Of a stretch of DNA of 64,000 bases, positions 1-13,410 are shown in pieces. The stretch is taken from NCBI RefSeq assembly GCF_964355755.1, contig NC_092679.1:16599432-16663431 (forward strand). Reading direction: 5' to 3'. The stretch comes from Antedon mediterranea (Eukaryota; Animalia; Echinodermata). The position numbers and the translations under genes were made by a program. The notes below the pieces were generated by a model. It was not told the origin of the DNA and did not search any database. It saw nothing but the letters and a program-made list of their open reading frames with translations. Positions within the stretch are counted from its first letter, which is position 1; every line of letters begins with the position of its first letter.

Positions 1-1577
1 GTATAAAAAATATTGCTGATCGTTGTTATGCCAACACTTAACAATTCTCAGAGGATTACGATAAATGTATTAAGTGCATTCAGTTATTTCACATCATATA
101 ATATTTATTAAATGGGAATATTTATTATGAATATACGAATATGTGCATACAGCTAACTAATTAACATATTGTTTCTGTAGAATTTCCACATTGTCTATTA
201 TTGTATTGTAAACCTAGAATCATCTAATCTAAAGACCAATACATCCGCCCACGCGAGTTATGTGTGGAAATTGACATTATAATATTTGCTGATATTTAAA
301 ATTAAAACGTAATTATAATCTGTGTAGCAGTATTGGTGAAAGAATTAGTGCATTACAGTATAACTATATAAAACAACATTATACTATTTTAAACACTTTT
401 TTGCTGTCATGTCAATGTTTTATACAAGGGCAATTCTATGGTAACTAATTGACATTCTGACACAAATGTAGAGTAAAGCCTAAATTGTATTTTTTGTTGT
501 ACCAAAGAATGTAGCCACACTGTACATACTCTAACTCCTCTATCCAATTAAACCATTTAAAGGAGGGTACTGTACTATAGCTCCGGGTATAAAATTTCTC
601 CTGTTTATTATAAAATATAAATGTTGGCAACAGATTAGAATAATCCCTACATATTTTCCGTAAGCAGTAAAGAGAAGGAACATCATGACATAAAACAATG
701 GTGCTGCAGGACTTCTTATCTTAAAGCATTACAGTATATTAAAAATTGACTTTACTAAAAATACTTAACTGTTATTTAATTACGGGAAATATCTCACAAG
801 AATAATTGGTGAATAAGGCCACAGTCCTGTACTTATTGAAACTTCTTTCATTTGTGTAGTAATCTCATTAATCAGAAATACTGTATTCCACCAATTTCAG
901 TTAATATTGCACTACAATGTTTTGCTAAATCAACACCTCATATTTACACTACATGTCATTTGTTTGTTGTTCCTGCCTATGTATTGTATGTAGTTTATTC
1001 CAAAACTTATGGCTTCCTACCAAGAAAAACACACATCAATTGTATTGAGAAATTGAATACTCTTCTGTACTGTTAGTATTTGAATACCAATACATTTCTA
1101 TGTGAATACACTCTCAGATAACACTTTACATTACTGCACTATTCACAAAATTCTTCAATAGTATTTAATCTATTGTTTAACATCCTTTTTAGAAAATCTG
1201 TTATCATTATGTCTATACAAATATTAAATTCAGACTATTGACAAATTAGTATAATACAGTAGTGTGGGGTTTGTGTAATCTACCATTTTGTATTTTTAAA
1301 GGAAGTAAATTGTTGATAAGTTAGATCTTTTCCATGGTATAAAATAAAAATATTTTTATAAAGTATAGTTAAATTCTGTGTACTGTACGTTATGATTCCT
1401 GTCTTCATAGTTTTTAAGAGGTTTATTTTTATTCGACCACTATATTATTAATAATGATAAAATAATAAGGATACGACATTTATATAGCGCTATTTCGTTA
1501 AGATCAGAGCGCTTTGAATGGATCTAGACTCTGAGCAGGAAATAGGGTAACAACCCATTAATGACAACAAAAATAAC

Positions 1578-1893
1578 AAACAATATTTAACACCTAAGCT
1601 TTTTATTTTAGGTACAGTACTACTCTCGATACATAATAATAAAATCTAGAGGGTATAGTATTTAATAGGGTATAATATTATTATAAAATTGACCTCCTGT
1701 ACTGTATGTACAGTATGGGAAATGTTTTTCAACATTAAACAATATTTAACACCCAAGCTTTTTATTTTAGGTACAGTACTTCTCTTGATACATTTTTCCA
1801 TTTTATAAAAATAAAATCTAGAGGGTATAGTATTTTACAGTGTACAGTTGTTTTTATAAAATTGACCTACTGTACAGTATGGGAAATGTTTTT
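1578..1893. repeat. Tandem duplication of a ~155 bp AT-rich unit (2 copies)
   Basis: AAACAATATTTAACACC(T/C)AAGCTTTTTATTT..GGTACAGTAC..AAAATCTAGAGGGTATAGTATTT..AAATTGACCT..CAGTATGGGAAATGTTTTT occurs from ~1578 and again from ~1737. Confidence 0.85.
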
Positions 1894-2290
1894 TAACAAT
1901 GAGCTGTTTGGATGGGTCAGGGATGAGTCAATAACATCTACCAGGTGAGCTCAATTCTACTTCATAAATTTATATGAGTCATCCGGCTCTGTTAAATTCA
2001 ATCTTTATAATTTTGTCTTCTAGGACGCAGAACAATCAGTGACATTAAGGGAAATCATCAACACATGCTGAACCACTGTTGCTTAGCGGATTGATATAAA
2101 AGATGTCTTGAAACAAAACCAAGAAAAAAAATCTGTTGATTGCGCACCAGTTGTTGTTTTGAATCTTGATTGATTGTAGCAAGTGTGTTCTGTACTATTG
2201 TGAAAAACACACTTGAATTTTATTGAAAATTATTACCATTATGTAAGAACGTATTTTGTAAAAGTTTGAAGTATACTCCAAAGCGTTGTT

Positions 2291-5200
2291 ATGGGGAACA
2301 ATGCTACATCGATACCTGGACAAGGTCGAGATAGGTCCAAGCATCGAACAGTAAACTTTGACATGGACCGTGAACATAGTGCCACTCTATTCCCACGAGA
2401 TTCGTCTGTTCGTGGCGATGAGGTCCTTGAACCGAGGCATGCCACAATGCCCGTGAAAGTAGAGAAGGAAAAGAAGAAGAAAACAAGTTTAGCAACGATA
2501 AAGAAAAAGCTAGTGGGTAAAAAGAGACACACAAAGTCACTTGATTATGCTCGTGCAGTCAAAGACATGCTGTCGTCGTGGAATATACGTGATGTTAAAG
2601 CGCTAGTTGATGAATATGAATCCCTAGCAATTTTAAAACAAATGTCAATTCAAACGACATTGGCTCGACCGAAAACGCTTTCCTTAAGCCAGAATTTAAG
2701 CCATCTTTACGCGTGTCAGCATTGTGCTGACGTAGACTTGATTTTTCTGGGAACCGTGTTCCCGGCACACCGAGCGATTCTTTCTGTACGGTGTCGGTAT
2801 TTTCGCGAAGTTTTAGCAAAATTTCCCGGCTACTGCAACAGTATTCCAATCAATCAGTTGCCAGGCGTGGACGTTACCATGTTTTCGGTGTTGTTGAAAT
2901 ATTTGTACACCGGAGAAATTGACACTCACGACCCACGATTAGAAAGCCTTGATGTGTTGATACAATTAGGAGATAAATTTGGTACACCAAATATTTTAGA
3001 ACAAGATTTTAAATACTTATTAGATACGGGTGAATTTGCAGATGCTATTGTAGTATTTGCGTCGGATTCACAATCAAAACAAAGTGAACAAATGCCAGTA
3101 AGTGCCAGCAGATCCAGCAGAAACACATTCCTCTGTCACAAAGCCATCTTGTCCGCAAGGTCGCCATTCTTCCGCAACCTCTTGCAAAGGAAGCACAGAG
3201 AATCGGAAGAGAGGAGAGAAAACGAAATGCCAAAAAGGACCAAAATTGTACTGGACGCTAATGTAATTCCTAAAAAGTATGCCCATGTGTTATTAAACGC
3301 AATTTATTTAGACACTTTGGATTTGTCGTTGATTAAAGACGATGGGCTTGAGAGCAGTTTAGGTGAAGCTCAAGCTATGGTTCTTGGTAGAAAACCAGTT
3401 TCGCGGATTGATCAAGCTATGGAGTGCTATCAGATAGCGCAGTTTCTTGATATGACATCCATGGCACAAGGTAGGTCAGAAACAGAATCTCAGCTTCTTT
3501 TCAAAGCTGAAATCAAGGTCCATCCTTGTATAATTTATAATATAAAGAAATCCAATATGCTGAAAATAACTCTACTTGAATGTGATGTGGAGAATGTGAT
3601 CGAAAAACGCTCTATTGAGTTTTCACAAGGAAGTTGGTAAAAAAAAACACACCTAGGCTATTAAAAGTTGCCCCATCTCAAACGGTGCAAGTTTTAGTCA
3701 AGTTGTTTAGGAGGAGTTCAAGTAACAAATTTTGAGTTGCTACAGTAGTGATTTTAGATTTCTGTTAAATTACAATAATGCCTGTAAAAGGGGTAAATAT
3801 CTCATTAACTGCAGTGTAAATTGGTTAATATTTAATGCTGTGTTTACAATAAACCGATCATTTGAACTATAAATTACCTACATTTTAGGGAAAGTATTAT
3901 TGCACTGACGGACAGTACAATATCTTCCTGTTTCCATATGAAATTAAGCAAGCATTAACAATTTATTGTAGAAAAACAGCTTGCTTCATTAACCAGTAAT
4001 AAGTTCACTAGTAGCACATCCGTGTACTGTACATTAATGGAATTACTTTTCTGATTATGAATTTGTTATTGCTATTTTTAAAATGCAAAAGCTAGAAATG
4101 ATATTAAAATATTGTGCAGTGATTAGAACTGCTTCTTGGAAAAATGATTCCTCTCAAGAATTAGAATAATAAAATTTGTATCAAAAACATTTCTCTCTGA
4201 AATTATTAATTTCTAAATTCATATTCGTAGTTCACCATTGTTTCAACAACGTACAAATATTCAGAATTAACATTGTAGAATAAGCATTTAGCCATTTTCC
4301 CGTTCTTACAATAATAAATGCATACTACATACTGTACATACTAAAGGTTATTTATTAAATAAAGTAACAACTATATTTCACTCTCTACAGTAGATTTTAT
4401 TTGAAACTGAAATTTGTTTGTGACAATCTTTTTAAATGGTCCCTTTGCCAAAAAGGGAAAAAGTCAGATTATAAATTATTCAAGTATATTTCCTTCTTAC
4501 TGGGAAAAAATGTTTTAGAAAACATCATTGAATTGTAGTAAAAATAGCCACGAAGAAGGATTTAGTGTTTTCCAAAAGCTTGGCACTGCTTTCTGGCTGT
4601 TTTATACCCAACTGTTTTTTTTAAAACTTTATTTGTATCTTCATTGAGATCCTGCCAGTGATTTCATTCATTCATATTTTCATTTATTTATTCGACATCA
4701 TCATGTCCTGGCACCCCAAAAGCAACAGAGTCCATCATCATGTCCTGGCACCCCAAAAGCAACAGAGTCCATCATCATGTCCTGGCACCCCAAAAGCAAC
4801 AGAGTCACCATAACATGAAATGCCTGGGGCCACAGAAGAACTTATAAAATTAAAAATCAAAATAGTTCAAAATACATTTAGCATTTTTTTTCAGTAATTT
4901 ACCTTTGGATTAACACATTTTTTGTATATGTTATCTGTCTTCTATAGCCTGTGAAGATGTAATAGCAGAGAGTATCAGCACTGAAAACATAATTACTATT
5001 TTGAGTTGGAGCTGTCAACCTCACGGTTCAAGCTGGGTGCATAGACAAGCCATGCATTACATGAAAGAAGAGTTTCTGTCAATTATGAATTCTTCCACAT
5101 TGTGTGACATCACAAAGGGTGATTTGCTAGCTGCCCTTAAATCAGACTTTTTGCAGGTGATTGGTGTTATTCAAATTTTCATTTCGTCTCTTAAACTCCG

Positions 5201-6256
5201 TGTACACTATAACAAATGTGATGTGCCCATATGATGATGATGTCATATCACTACCATTTTTGGGCATATCACTACCAAATTTGGGCACATCACAATTTTT
5301 TTCAAACTAGTTTGATAGTGTAGACAGAGCTTAATAAGATTATGTCATGTATAATGATTCAAAATGTTGTCTTGGTGCAGAAAATATACCCTATTGCTGA
5401 TATATCTTCAGCCATTAGGCTTTGGTTGTCAGAGGTCTAAACTCACTTCATCTAGTAGTTCAGATTTAAGACAAGTCCCATATATGGACTTGATGATGTT
5501 ATATCACTACCATATTTTGGCACATCACACTTTTTTGTCAAACTAGTTTGACCATATATTGTATTGTTGGTTGTCGTCTGCTCCTCTAGAATTAACTAAA
5601 ACTGTGTGAGAAAGCTAGTGAGGAAGCATGTCCCAATGGCACTAATGGCACTGTATGTGCACAATGATAACATAACGTAACCAGTTCCTAAGTTGTTTCA
5701 AATTGAAAGCTCCCTACAGTAGCCCAATAATACAATTTAATTTATTATATTTTCTAGGCAAGCGAACTTGAAGTATTAAAAGCGGTGGTCAAATGGGGGG
5801 AACAGCAACTTGTCAAGAAAATGGAAGAACGAGGTAAATAATCAAATTAATTAAAAGCTAATAATACAGACAGGCCTTCTAAATATAAAAAATCTATTAG
5901 TACTAGATCTCAATACATGGAAGTTAAAATCCTAGCTTTGTCTTTGTACCAGTATTATGGTCAAAACAGGGCCACTTCCTCAATACCTTATTCAGACATG
6001 TAAAACAATTAAGATTGAAATGCGACACCCAATTGCACCTATTTATAATGCAAAACCTTATGTAAAAGTTATAGGATAAGTAGTCTAATAGAAGACCTTA
6101 CTGAATATGAAAGTTAAATGATAACTATTCTATATTACTTTTATTGAATGTTGCAATGAAATTCTATAGTAATCGATCACATGGAATTGCTGTGCACTGA
6201 TTGGCCGAGTTCACTGACACTAAAATTGTCATTCATGTACAAATGGTTCCTTCCGG

Positions 6257-6310
<54 letters not shown>

Positions 6311-9300
6311 CATACTGTAAATTATAGAAACAGTGCTCAGCTACCCTACATTTTTTTATTTTCCATTTTAATTTTCGCATTCAATTTTTTACCAGTAAGG
6401 TATTATTAATGCATTGTCATAAATGTGAAATATGTGAAAAAAAAATTGCTTTTCTTGATAACTTTACAATAGAAAATCTTTTTTTGATATATCTACTTGT
6501 ATTTTTTTATTTTCAGAACCTAATGTAGTCAGCAACACGCAGCACAGCCTAAGTCGTAAAGGTATTAAACGGCGTGACTTGGACAACATGGAACTACGAG
6601 AGATTCTCAGTGACATCATACCATATGTACGAGTACAGCACATCATTCCACGTAATCATGACATTCTGAACAGCGCCATCAAGCGTGGACTAATCCCAAT
6701 GTTACCGTCCCACATGGTTGATGGGGAAGAACCATTGTCTGTGAATTACTGGGTGAAAGGCAAATCAAGAAGACGGTATCCAAGGCCTAGGCTTTTCAGC
6801 CCTTATATGGAAGAAGCAAAGGTAAATGTCAATGAGGAAATAACCTGTGACTTGTAGCCTACTGGGCTGAATTGCCCACACGTATGGACGACACATATCA
6901 CAACTTTCTTCTTCCCTAAGGATCCCTTCGTGTCGAGTGCTGCCACCAAACGGTGCTTATTCGTCTGTCCACAAAAACGGGCTGAATAGATTAGTATACC
7001 CGGGTAACTCCCTACTCTTCTGAAAGATGTACTCGTGCAAACGAACCAGATGTGTACACTGAACCTCCAGTTTTAAGTCCTTATCTGAGAAGACTTGTTC
7101 TACCACCAGAACAATGGTCGAGAAGTGTCTTAAACCTGTGCCGATTTTGTAGCTATGGTTTGCCGTGCCCCTGCCTTAACCGATACTCAACTGGGCAAAA
7201 TAAAGCTGGTTTTCCACTATTGAAAGTGAATCGCAAGTGTTCATTAATTCGCATGCACATTTTCACTTTTGTGACATGGAAAAATGTTTGTGAGAATATA
7301 TTTATGATTTATTTATATACCTGAGCTTGTATAGACATTGTATTAGGCAGTTCATCTACCTAATCTGAATGATTTTCTATTTTAGACAATGCTAGAAGAG
7401 CAAATGGCAGCAGAGATGGAGCTGGTACGTTTACGCATGATACGCATGTCGCACGTACCGGATACGCTCTATATGTTGGATGATACAAAGTACTCTCCAA
7501 ACCAGCGAGGGCAGTGTGCATCATACCCACCATCAGTTGTTACAAATAACTTACCAGGTATGACATCATAATGAGAGTGTGTCAAGAAAAAAATAGATGT
7601 TTTTATTTCTGTGCCGCCCTCTATCTGTGTAAACTATTGTTTTTGCCACATAAGCTTAGAGGTGACTGAACGACAAATTGACTTTCAAGCAATTCATTTT
7701 TTTACAATTGAAATATATCCCATGATGCCTACTACATCCTTGTTTGTCAAATATTCTGCCGTACTTGTATTACATTAGGGATTACTAACCTCCGGATGGT
7801 ATTCGCAAATTGCGGATATATCATGATTTTAACTTCCATTTGTCAGATGGTCAAAGGTTAATCTAGAACATTGACATTCTTTGTTAATGCTGTAGAAATG
7901 TTCTGCTTTGACCTTGCTGCTGTTTATATGAAGTCTGATATACATTGTAGTTTAATGTTTATTCTTGATAACTGTTCTAGATCCTGATAAATATCTGAAA
8001 ATATCAATGATGATTAATATCAGGTCTGAGAATTAACACTTGTCTGGCTGAGTGTTAGCCCAGCTGATAAATCTTTAATTAGGCGGCTTCTGTCTAGGAC
8101 TGTGACAAATCGTTAATTATTAGACCGGTCTTCTACCAGGATTTGAAACAGCTAGGGATTTATTTGAAAAATAATTTAGGCATTATGATAATAAAATCTT
8201 TTTTTTTCAATTTTACCATTTATGGAATATTTGGTAATGATCTAGTCACATGAAGTTAAGCATACACTTTACATGCATAATATATCTTAAAACAAATTTA
8301 AACACAGTGTTTAATATAAGGGACAGTACACTATGTAGCATAACTTTCAACTATTAAATAGATATTCTACCATAACTTGATGATGAAATTATGCTTCTTA
8401 CGCGTTTCAAACCTGTGACAGGGCTTTTATACAATACAACACTTAATTTTTAGATTTCTATACATGGGTTTATAAGGTTTGCTTAATAATGGGGATATAA
8501 AATTGTGACAATACTGCTACATCTAAATCTGTCCAAAATATGTGCTGAAATTTATATCCTACAGTAAATACATGAAAAAATAGTGATAATATGATGTGGT
8601 GGAGATACATGTCATTGTATAAATTGCTTTTCCAAAATGATCTAGTAATTTGGTAAATGGTTGTGATTGTGTTTGGTAGTACATCAGCCGTACCCACATT
8701 TGACCATTCCAGGGTTGGATGTTGAATCATTTAGATTGGGGTCATGGCCTAAAACTTATGCAGACAGGGTCTTACAGTAGAGCTTGTGGGTTAAGTAAAC
8801 AATCTTTTACTCACTAATGTAGACCGTAACCTTTACACATAATACGATTTGGTTGTTTAAACAAACTATTGGATTCATTCAAATTGATTTTTAGTTTGAC
8901 ATGTAGGATAAATATAGATTGTATTTATTTGTTCTTTTATAGTGTGTTCGCATTCAGTAGTTTTGTATTACTTTATTGTCCCCCAAAAACATGAAAATGA
9001 AAATTAATAAAATCAGATTTTGTATTGGCCATTTTGTAAGTTTAATAAAGTTAATATCTTCTGCAGAAAAAAAAATGGAATAAAATAATATTTTCACAAA
9101 AAATTGTTAACTTCCACAAAAAAAACAAAAAACTGTTTTTTATGTTTATCCAAAGAAAGCGGTCTTTAATTGGCGGCATCTTTGATGGAAGAAAACCTAC
9201 ATTTACAAATAAACTTGTATTTTTCAGTACCTGATAACTCGACGGTAACAGCAATGTTACAACGTGAAAAAGAGCTGAGAAGATGCAACCTTACGCAGCG

Positions 9301-10687
9301 AGCATTTGCTCTTGCGCATACTGATAGTGCAGCCGTTTCACGTGAGATTCGGACAAGGGTAGTCCGTGAATTTGGCCTGCCCGACGAGTCGGTTGAAATA
9401 TTTCAAAGTATACCAGAACACTATGGCGAGGATTGTGGACGTGACGACGAAGAAGAAATGTTCGGACGAGTGTGGGATGTTCAACATGGCTCACAAGATG
9501 GCGCTGTTACTCCTACACCAGATCCACCTGAGGTACAGTGTATATTCATTTACGTATATTTAAAATACTCTAATACCATAAATGATAATTATATTAGGTA
9601 GAATGTACGATTGTTCCAGTTATATTTATGTTTATAGAACCCCTATTAAAAGGAAACACCTTTTTGACCCTAAATATTTGTATTGTTAAAACATATATTG
9701 CCCCTTGTTAGTTTTATATAGTTTATTTCTAGAATTTGAAAATGCAATGTATGTTTTTGTGGTTTCTTTTTTTTTCATTGTTATGGATTAGTCTGGTAAA
9801 AATATGCTTTTCTACTTAATGTAAAGTTCTCTAAAGATATACCATACCTGGGGATAAAGGAAAAATGTTTTAACAAAAGCACATTGTGCAATACATATGT
9901 ACCACTTAGCTGTACAGCACATTATTGGAAATAACCTTTGCAACTTGTAATGTTGTTGACAGGAACTAAATGTATGATTGACAGCAAATAGGATGTTGTG
10001 GCTTTAAAATTATTTTATTATGTCATGGAGAGAATTAGTTGTCCTTGGCTCACAATTCACTCTAGCAAACTAGTAATTTTTGCCAGTAGATTGTTTTTTA
10101 ATTGGTATGGATAAGTGTATATAATTATAAAAAAATAAATTAATTTCTATAGCCCTAGAATATTTGTTCCAAATAAAGCGCAATATTTTGACAAAATAAT
10201 TTCTCTTTTTAATTATCATTTTATTTATTCATTGTAGTGGAGCTGTAGCTTGGTGGTTAACATTCTTTCTGACCTAGTGTCAGGGTTATAACTCACGACT
10301 CTTTCAATTCCACTCCCTAAGCCTCAAATGAGACTTTATTTATAAGCACGATAAATTATAAAATAGTTTATGCATCCTGTAATTGGCAAGTTACTCGATG
10401 CTGGATGTGTATGAAATAAAAAAAAATGTTGTTAACTAAAGATGGTTGTCTCTATTGACTCTGTTTAGGTTGCCGCTGCTGCACAAGTTGTACCCATGCT
10501 CAGCGACATCATGCCAGACATTGCAATTCCATCAAGTCCTGACATCACAATAGCTACAGCTCCATCAGTCAATCAAATGTTATTGCAGGAACCAGAACTT
10601 GGAGATGGCCACTTTTCACGTAGGAAAAAATCAAGTAATAAGCCAGGCCATAGCAGACGTGATACTAATGCATGTACAGACGTGTAA
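2291..10687 (+). CDS. BTBD7: BTB/POZ domain-containing protein 7 (two BTB domains plus BACK), about 821 aa
   Basis: Exons 2291-3470, 4948-5156, 5758-5833, 6517-6821, 7386-7557, 9228-9532, 10469-10687, all GT-AG, total 2466 nt in frame. Motifs FPAHRAILSVRC, CHKAILSARSPFF, CEDVIAESIS, PHGSSWVHRQA, SDFLQASE, PRLFSPY, VPDTLYM and MPDIA match BTBD7 as recalled. N-terminus MGNNATS fits a myristoylation motif. A splice acceptor at 2023 suggests an upstream 5' UTR exon. Confidence 0.93.
4696..4806. repeat. Minisatellite, 37 bp x 3
   Basis: CATCATCATGTCCTGGCACCCCAAAAGCAACAGAGTC starts at 4696, 4733 and 4770. Confidence 0.95.
5193..5332. mobile_element. High-copy ~150 bp MITE family with TIR AAGCTCTGTCTACACTATCAAAC (representative copy)
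   Basis: Same TIR and internal GTGATGTGCCCAAATATGGTAGTGATATG core at approx. 5193, 5470, 13838, 17651, 18753, 23005, 24707, 30062, 33867, 38440, 45183, 47657, 51920, 53520, 56175, 59064 and 59975; intact ends usually flanked by TA. Confidence 0.9.
6259..6302. repeat. (AT)n microsatellite
   Basis: About 22 AT units read directly. Confidence 0.97.
6940..7195 (-). mobile_element. tRNA-derived SINE with a Meta-domain-like body, degraded
   Basis: Shares AGTCCTTATC(T/C)GAGAAGA..GTTCTACCACCAGAAC and AAAGATGTACT with the copy at 33105-33490; the minus-strand GATAAGGAC..GAGTAGGG pattern recalls the MetaSINE domain. Confidence 0.6.
10240..10426 (+). mobile_element. tRNA-derived SINE with A-rich tail (same family as 57031-57243), internally deleted
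   Basis: AGCTGTAGCTTGGTGGTTAAC head, ACTCTTTCAA(T/C)TCCACTCCCTAAG body, CATCCTGTAATTGG..TGGATG(T/C)GTATGA plus A-run tail shared with 57031-57243. Confidence 0.75.
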
Positions 10688-11030
10688 CATGTTGTGTTTA
10701 CATATAACTTTCATTTGTAGTGTAAAAGTTAATTATTAGATTATACAGATGCACAGTTTGGTGGTTAAACATACTTGCCTTCCATTATCAGGGTTTTAGG
10801 TTCAAATATAAAACTCTCACCCCACTGCAATGCTTTGTAAAACAAAGGTATGCAATTAGTGGGTTTGTCAGCTACTAAAACGAGGCCTAGAAAAAGGTTT
10901 TGCATAACAATAGCAATTCTTTTTTTTTTCTTTTATATTTTTTTATTTTCCAAAAACAATAAAACCTTAAAAAAACCAATAAAAAATCCTGATTGTTTAA
11001 AATACATACCTTTCAATATTATTTTAATTA

Positions 11031-11470
11031 CTGTAGAACCTCTGTTGGGACACTCCTATTAAGGGACTCCCCTAATAAGCAACACCCCTACTAAGGGACC
11101 CCTTTACAAAGGGACACCTCTATTGAGGGACCCCTCTATTGAGGGACCCCTCTATTGAAGGACCCCTAATAAAGGGACCCCTATTAAGGGACTCTCCTAT
11201 TAAGGGACTCCCCTAATAAGCAACACCCCTACTAAGGGACCCCTTTACCAAGGGACACCTCTATTGAAGGACCCCTAATAAAGGGACTCCTATTAAGGGA
11301 CTCCCCTATTAAGCAACACCCCTATTAAGGAACATCCCTATTAAGCAACATCCTTCATAAATAACCCCCTATTAAGGGATTCCCTATTAATTATTCTATT
11401 AAGGGACACTTCTATTAAGAAACACTTCTATTAAGAAACACCGCTTTTAAAAGACACCCGTATTAATAGG
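11031..11470. repeat. Minisatellite of ~16-17 bp units (CCCCTATTAAGGGACAC-like) derived from a pogo/Tigger-like MITE end
   Basis: Starts TA|CTGTAGAACC followed by more than 20 variants of CCTATTAAGGGAC(A/T)C. The same unit occurs in 1-2 copies behind CAGTAGAACC-type termini at ~14335-14535, ~25547-25850 and ~46374-46570. Confidence 0.85.
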
Positions 11471-12863
11471 GGTGCATATTTTAGAATTAAAAAAAATGTA
11501 CTTTTTGAAAGTAGCTTAAATAACGGTTTTATATTTTTCTTTACTACTTTTAGATATATTATGTGTGTGTGTTATAAATATATTACATATATCTATTTTT
11601 GTATCCCTTTCTCTCATAAAAGAATGTAAAAATGCTGCTGTATTGTGAATGTGTACCTTTGTGTAATTATTATATTATAGAAGGAAAATATACAAAAATC
11701 TTATTATTTAAAAGGCAGACTCTAGACTGCTGCTGGAAAATGTTTTGAATATTTTTTTTAATGGATATTGTAAGTTGTGGTTGGAGAAAAAATATGTTTA
11801 TAATAAATTAATTACAGAAAAGAGATATTTTTGGTCTGAACCATGATATCAGATTTCTAGGGAAATTTGAGAATGTTATTTTATGTATAGGAAGGACTTA
11901 CCATGTCTAGCACAATCTTCCTATTTCTTGTTGTTTGTTTTGATAAAGTAGACCACTGTACATTGCATTTTGATATGCTAACATTTAAAACAATTTTCAG
12001 GCATGTAATAAAATTCAGCATTTTTAATACAAGAAATAAAAATATTAAATATTTTAAGAACATTAATATAAATCTGTATACGTAAAGTAAAATATTGTTG
12101 ATGTAGATATGATTTTTAACGACTATGTTATAGAAAAGAAAAGTATATTTACATAGATTCTAGCTACTTTATTGTATATCATAAATTAATTAATTATTAT
12201 GAAAAATATTATGAAATAATAATTGAAATTTAGTTGCTTGTAATTGGTGCATTTTTTGGTAGTTAATTTTGAATCGTTTTAATATTAAATTATTTATAGT
12301 ATTTGTGCATGGGTATAGAATAAATGTTATATATTCATATTTACATAATCACCTTAATTTGCATAGAATATGGTACATATAGTGGAACCCATCTTTTTTG
12401 GACACACCTGACACATTGTGGAGTCCTCGTAGGTGTCCCCTTAATATGGGTTCTACTCTGTCTATTTTTCTATTTTAATATTTTTAATTTTAAACATGTA
12501 TATCATGTACAGTATATAATTTAATTAAATATTATTATATTGATTGATTTATTGAAACAATTTTAATCTATTTAATCTCAGTAAATCATTTTATTATTAT
12601 GTGACGTCATATTATGCTAAATAATCATGATTTTAAAATATTTCTCTGTGAAATTTTAATATTTGGTTTAATAATCCTAATTGATAATAAAACCAATTTA
12701 TTTCTATATTAGTTGATATACATCATCTTGATAGACTGAAAATATTCAGTTTTGTCTTAGCCGATATTTTCCTTTCATATTTACTCTGTAAAGTGTTTTT
12801 ATTCTGTAGCGATAGCATTTGTACAGTGCAAACTTTTTCTCCTTATGTTTAATAAACAATTAA

Positions 12864-13410
12864 AGATGTATTGTCCCTTGAAACACAAAAAAATGAAGGT
12901 CAAAATATTCTAAATTTAAAGTGGCCATATCAATGTAATATTAAAGTTATTCACTTTAAGTCGAAAATTTGAGCCAAAAACAACAAATTTACGTAATTAA
13001 CAGGTAAATTAGTTTGATTACATTTCATCTGGAAAATCGTCATGAGCGAAAGTAAACAAAGATTTCAAACCATGAGTACGCATTATGCATATGCTAAATT
13101 AGGATTGTTTACAACTCGTCACGGTTAAGAGGGTATTTTCACACAGATCATGAGGAAGTTTTATTATTATGCATACAGAGTAGCCAAACAAGCGCGTTTC
13201 ATTATGGGATATGTTTTGATTGAAAACTTTGACTGGAAGTCAAAGTTATTTTTTAAACAAAAAAACGTCTGTATTTCAGTTAATTTTTTTTTTTTCCGAA
13301 AAATTTTTGGTGATAGTTAATAACTATTATGATACTTCAAAATGACCCACCTTTTTTCGAAATCTATTATTTTTTATTTTTTTGGAATTAGTCAAAGGGA
13401 CAATACATCT
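12864..13410. mobile_element. Kolobok-like non-autonomous DNA transposon
   Basis: TTAA on both sides (12860-63, 13411-14); TIRs AGATGTATTGTCCCTT / AAGGGACAATACATCT; RR..YY termini with a TTAA target are the Kolobok signature. Confidence 0.85.

Noticed and set aside
3471-3640. C-terminal extension of the 449 aa ORF
   Set aside because: Intronic read-through past the GT donor at 3471; BTBD7 homology resumes at 4948.
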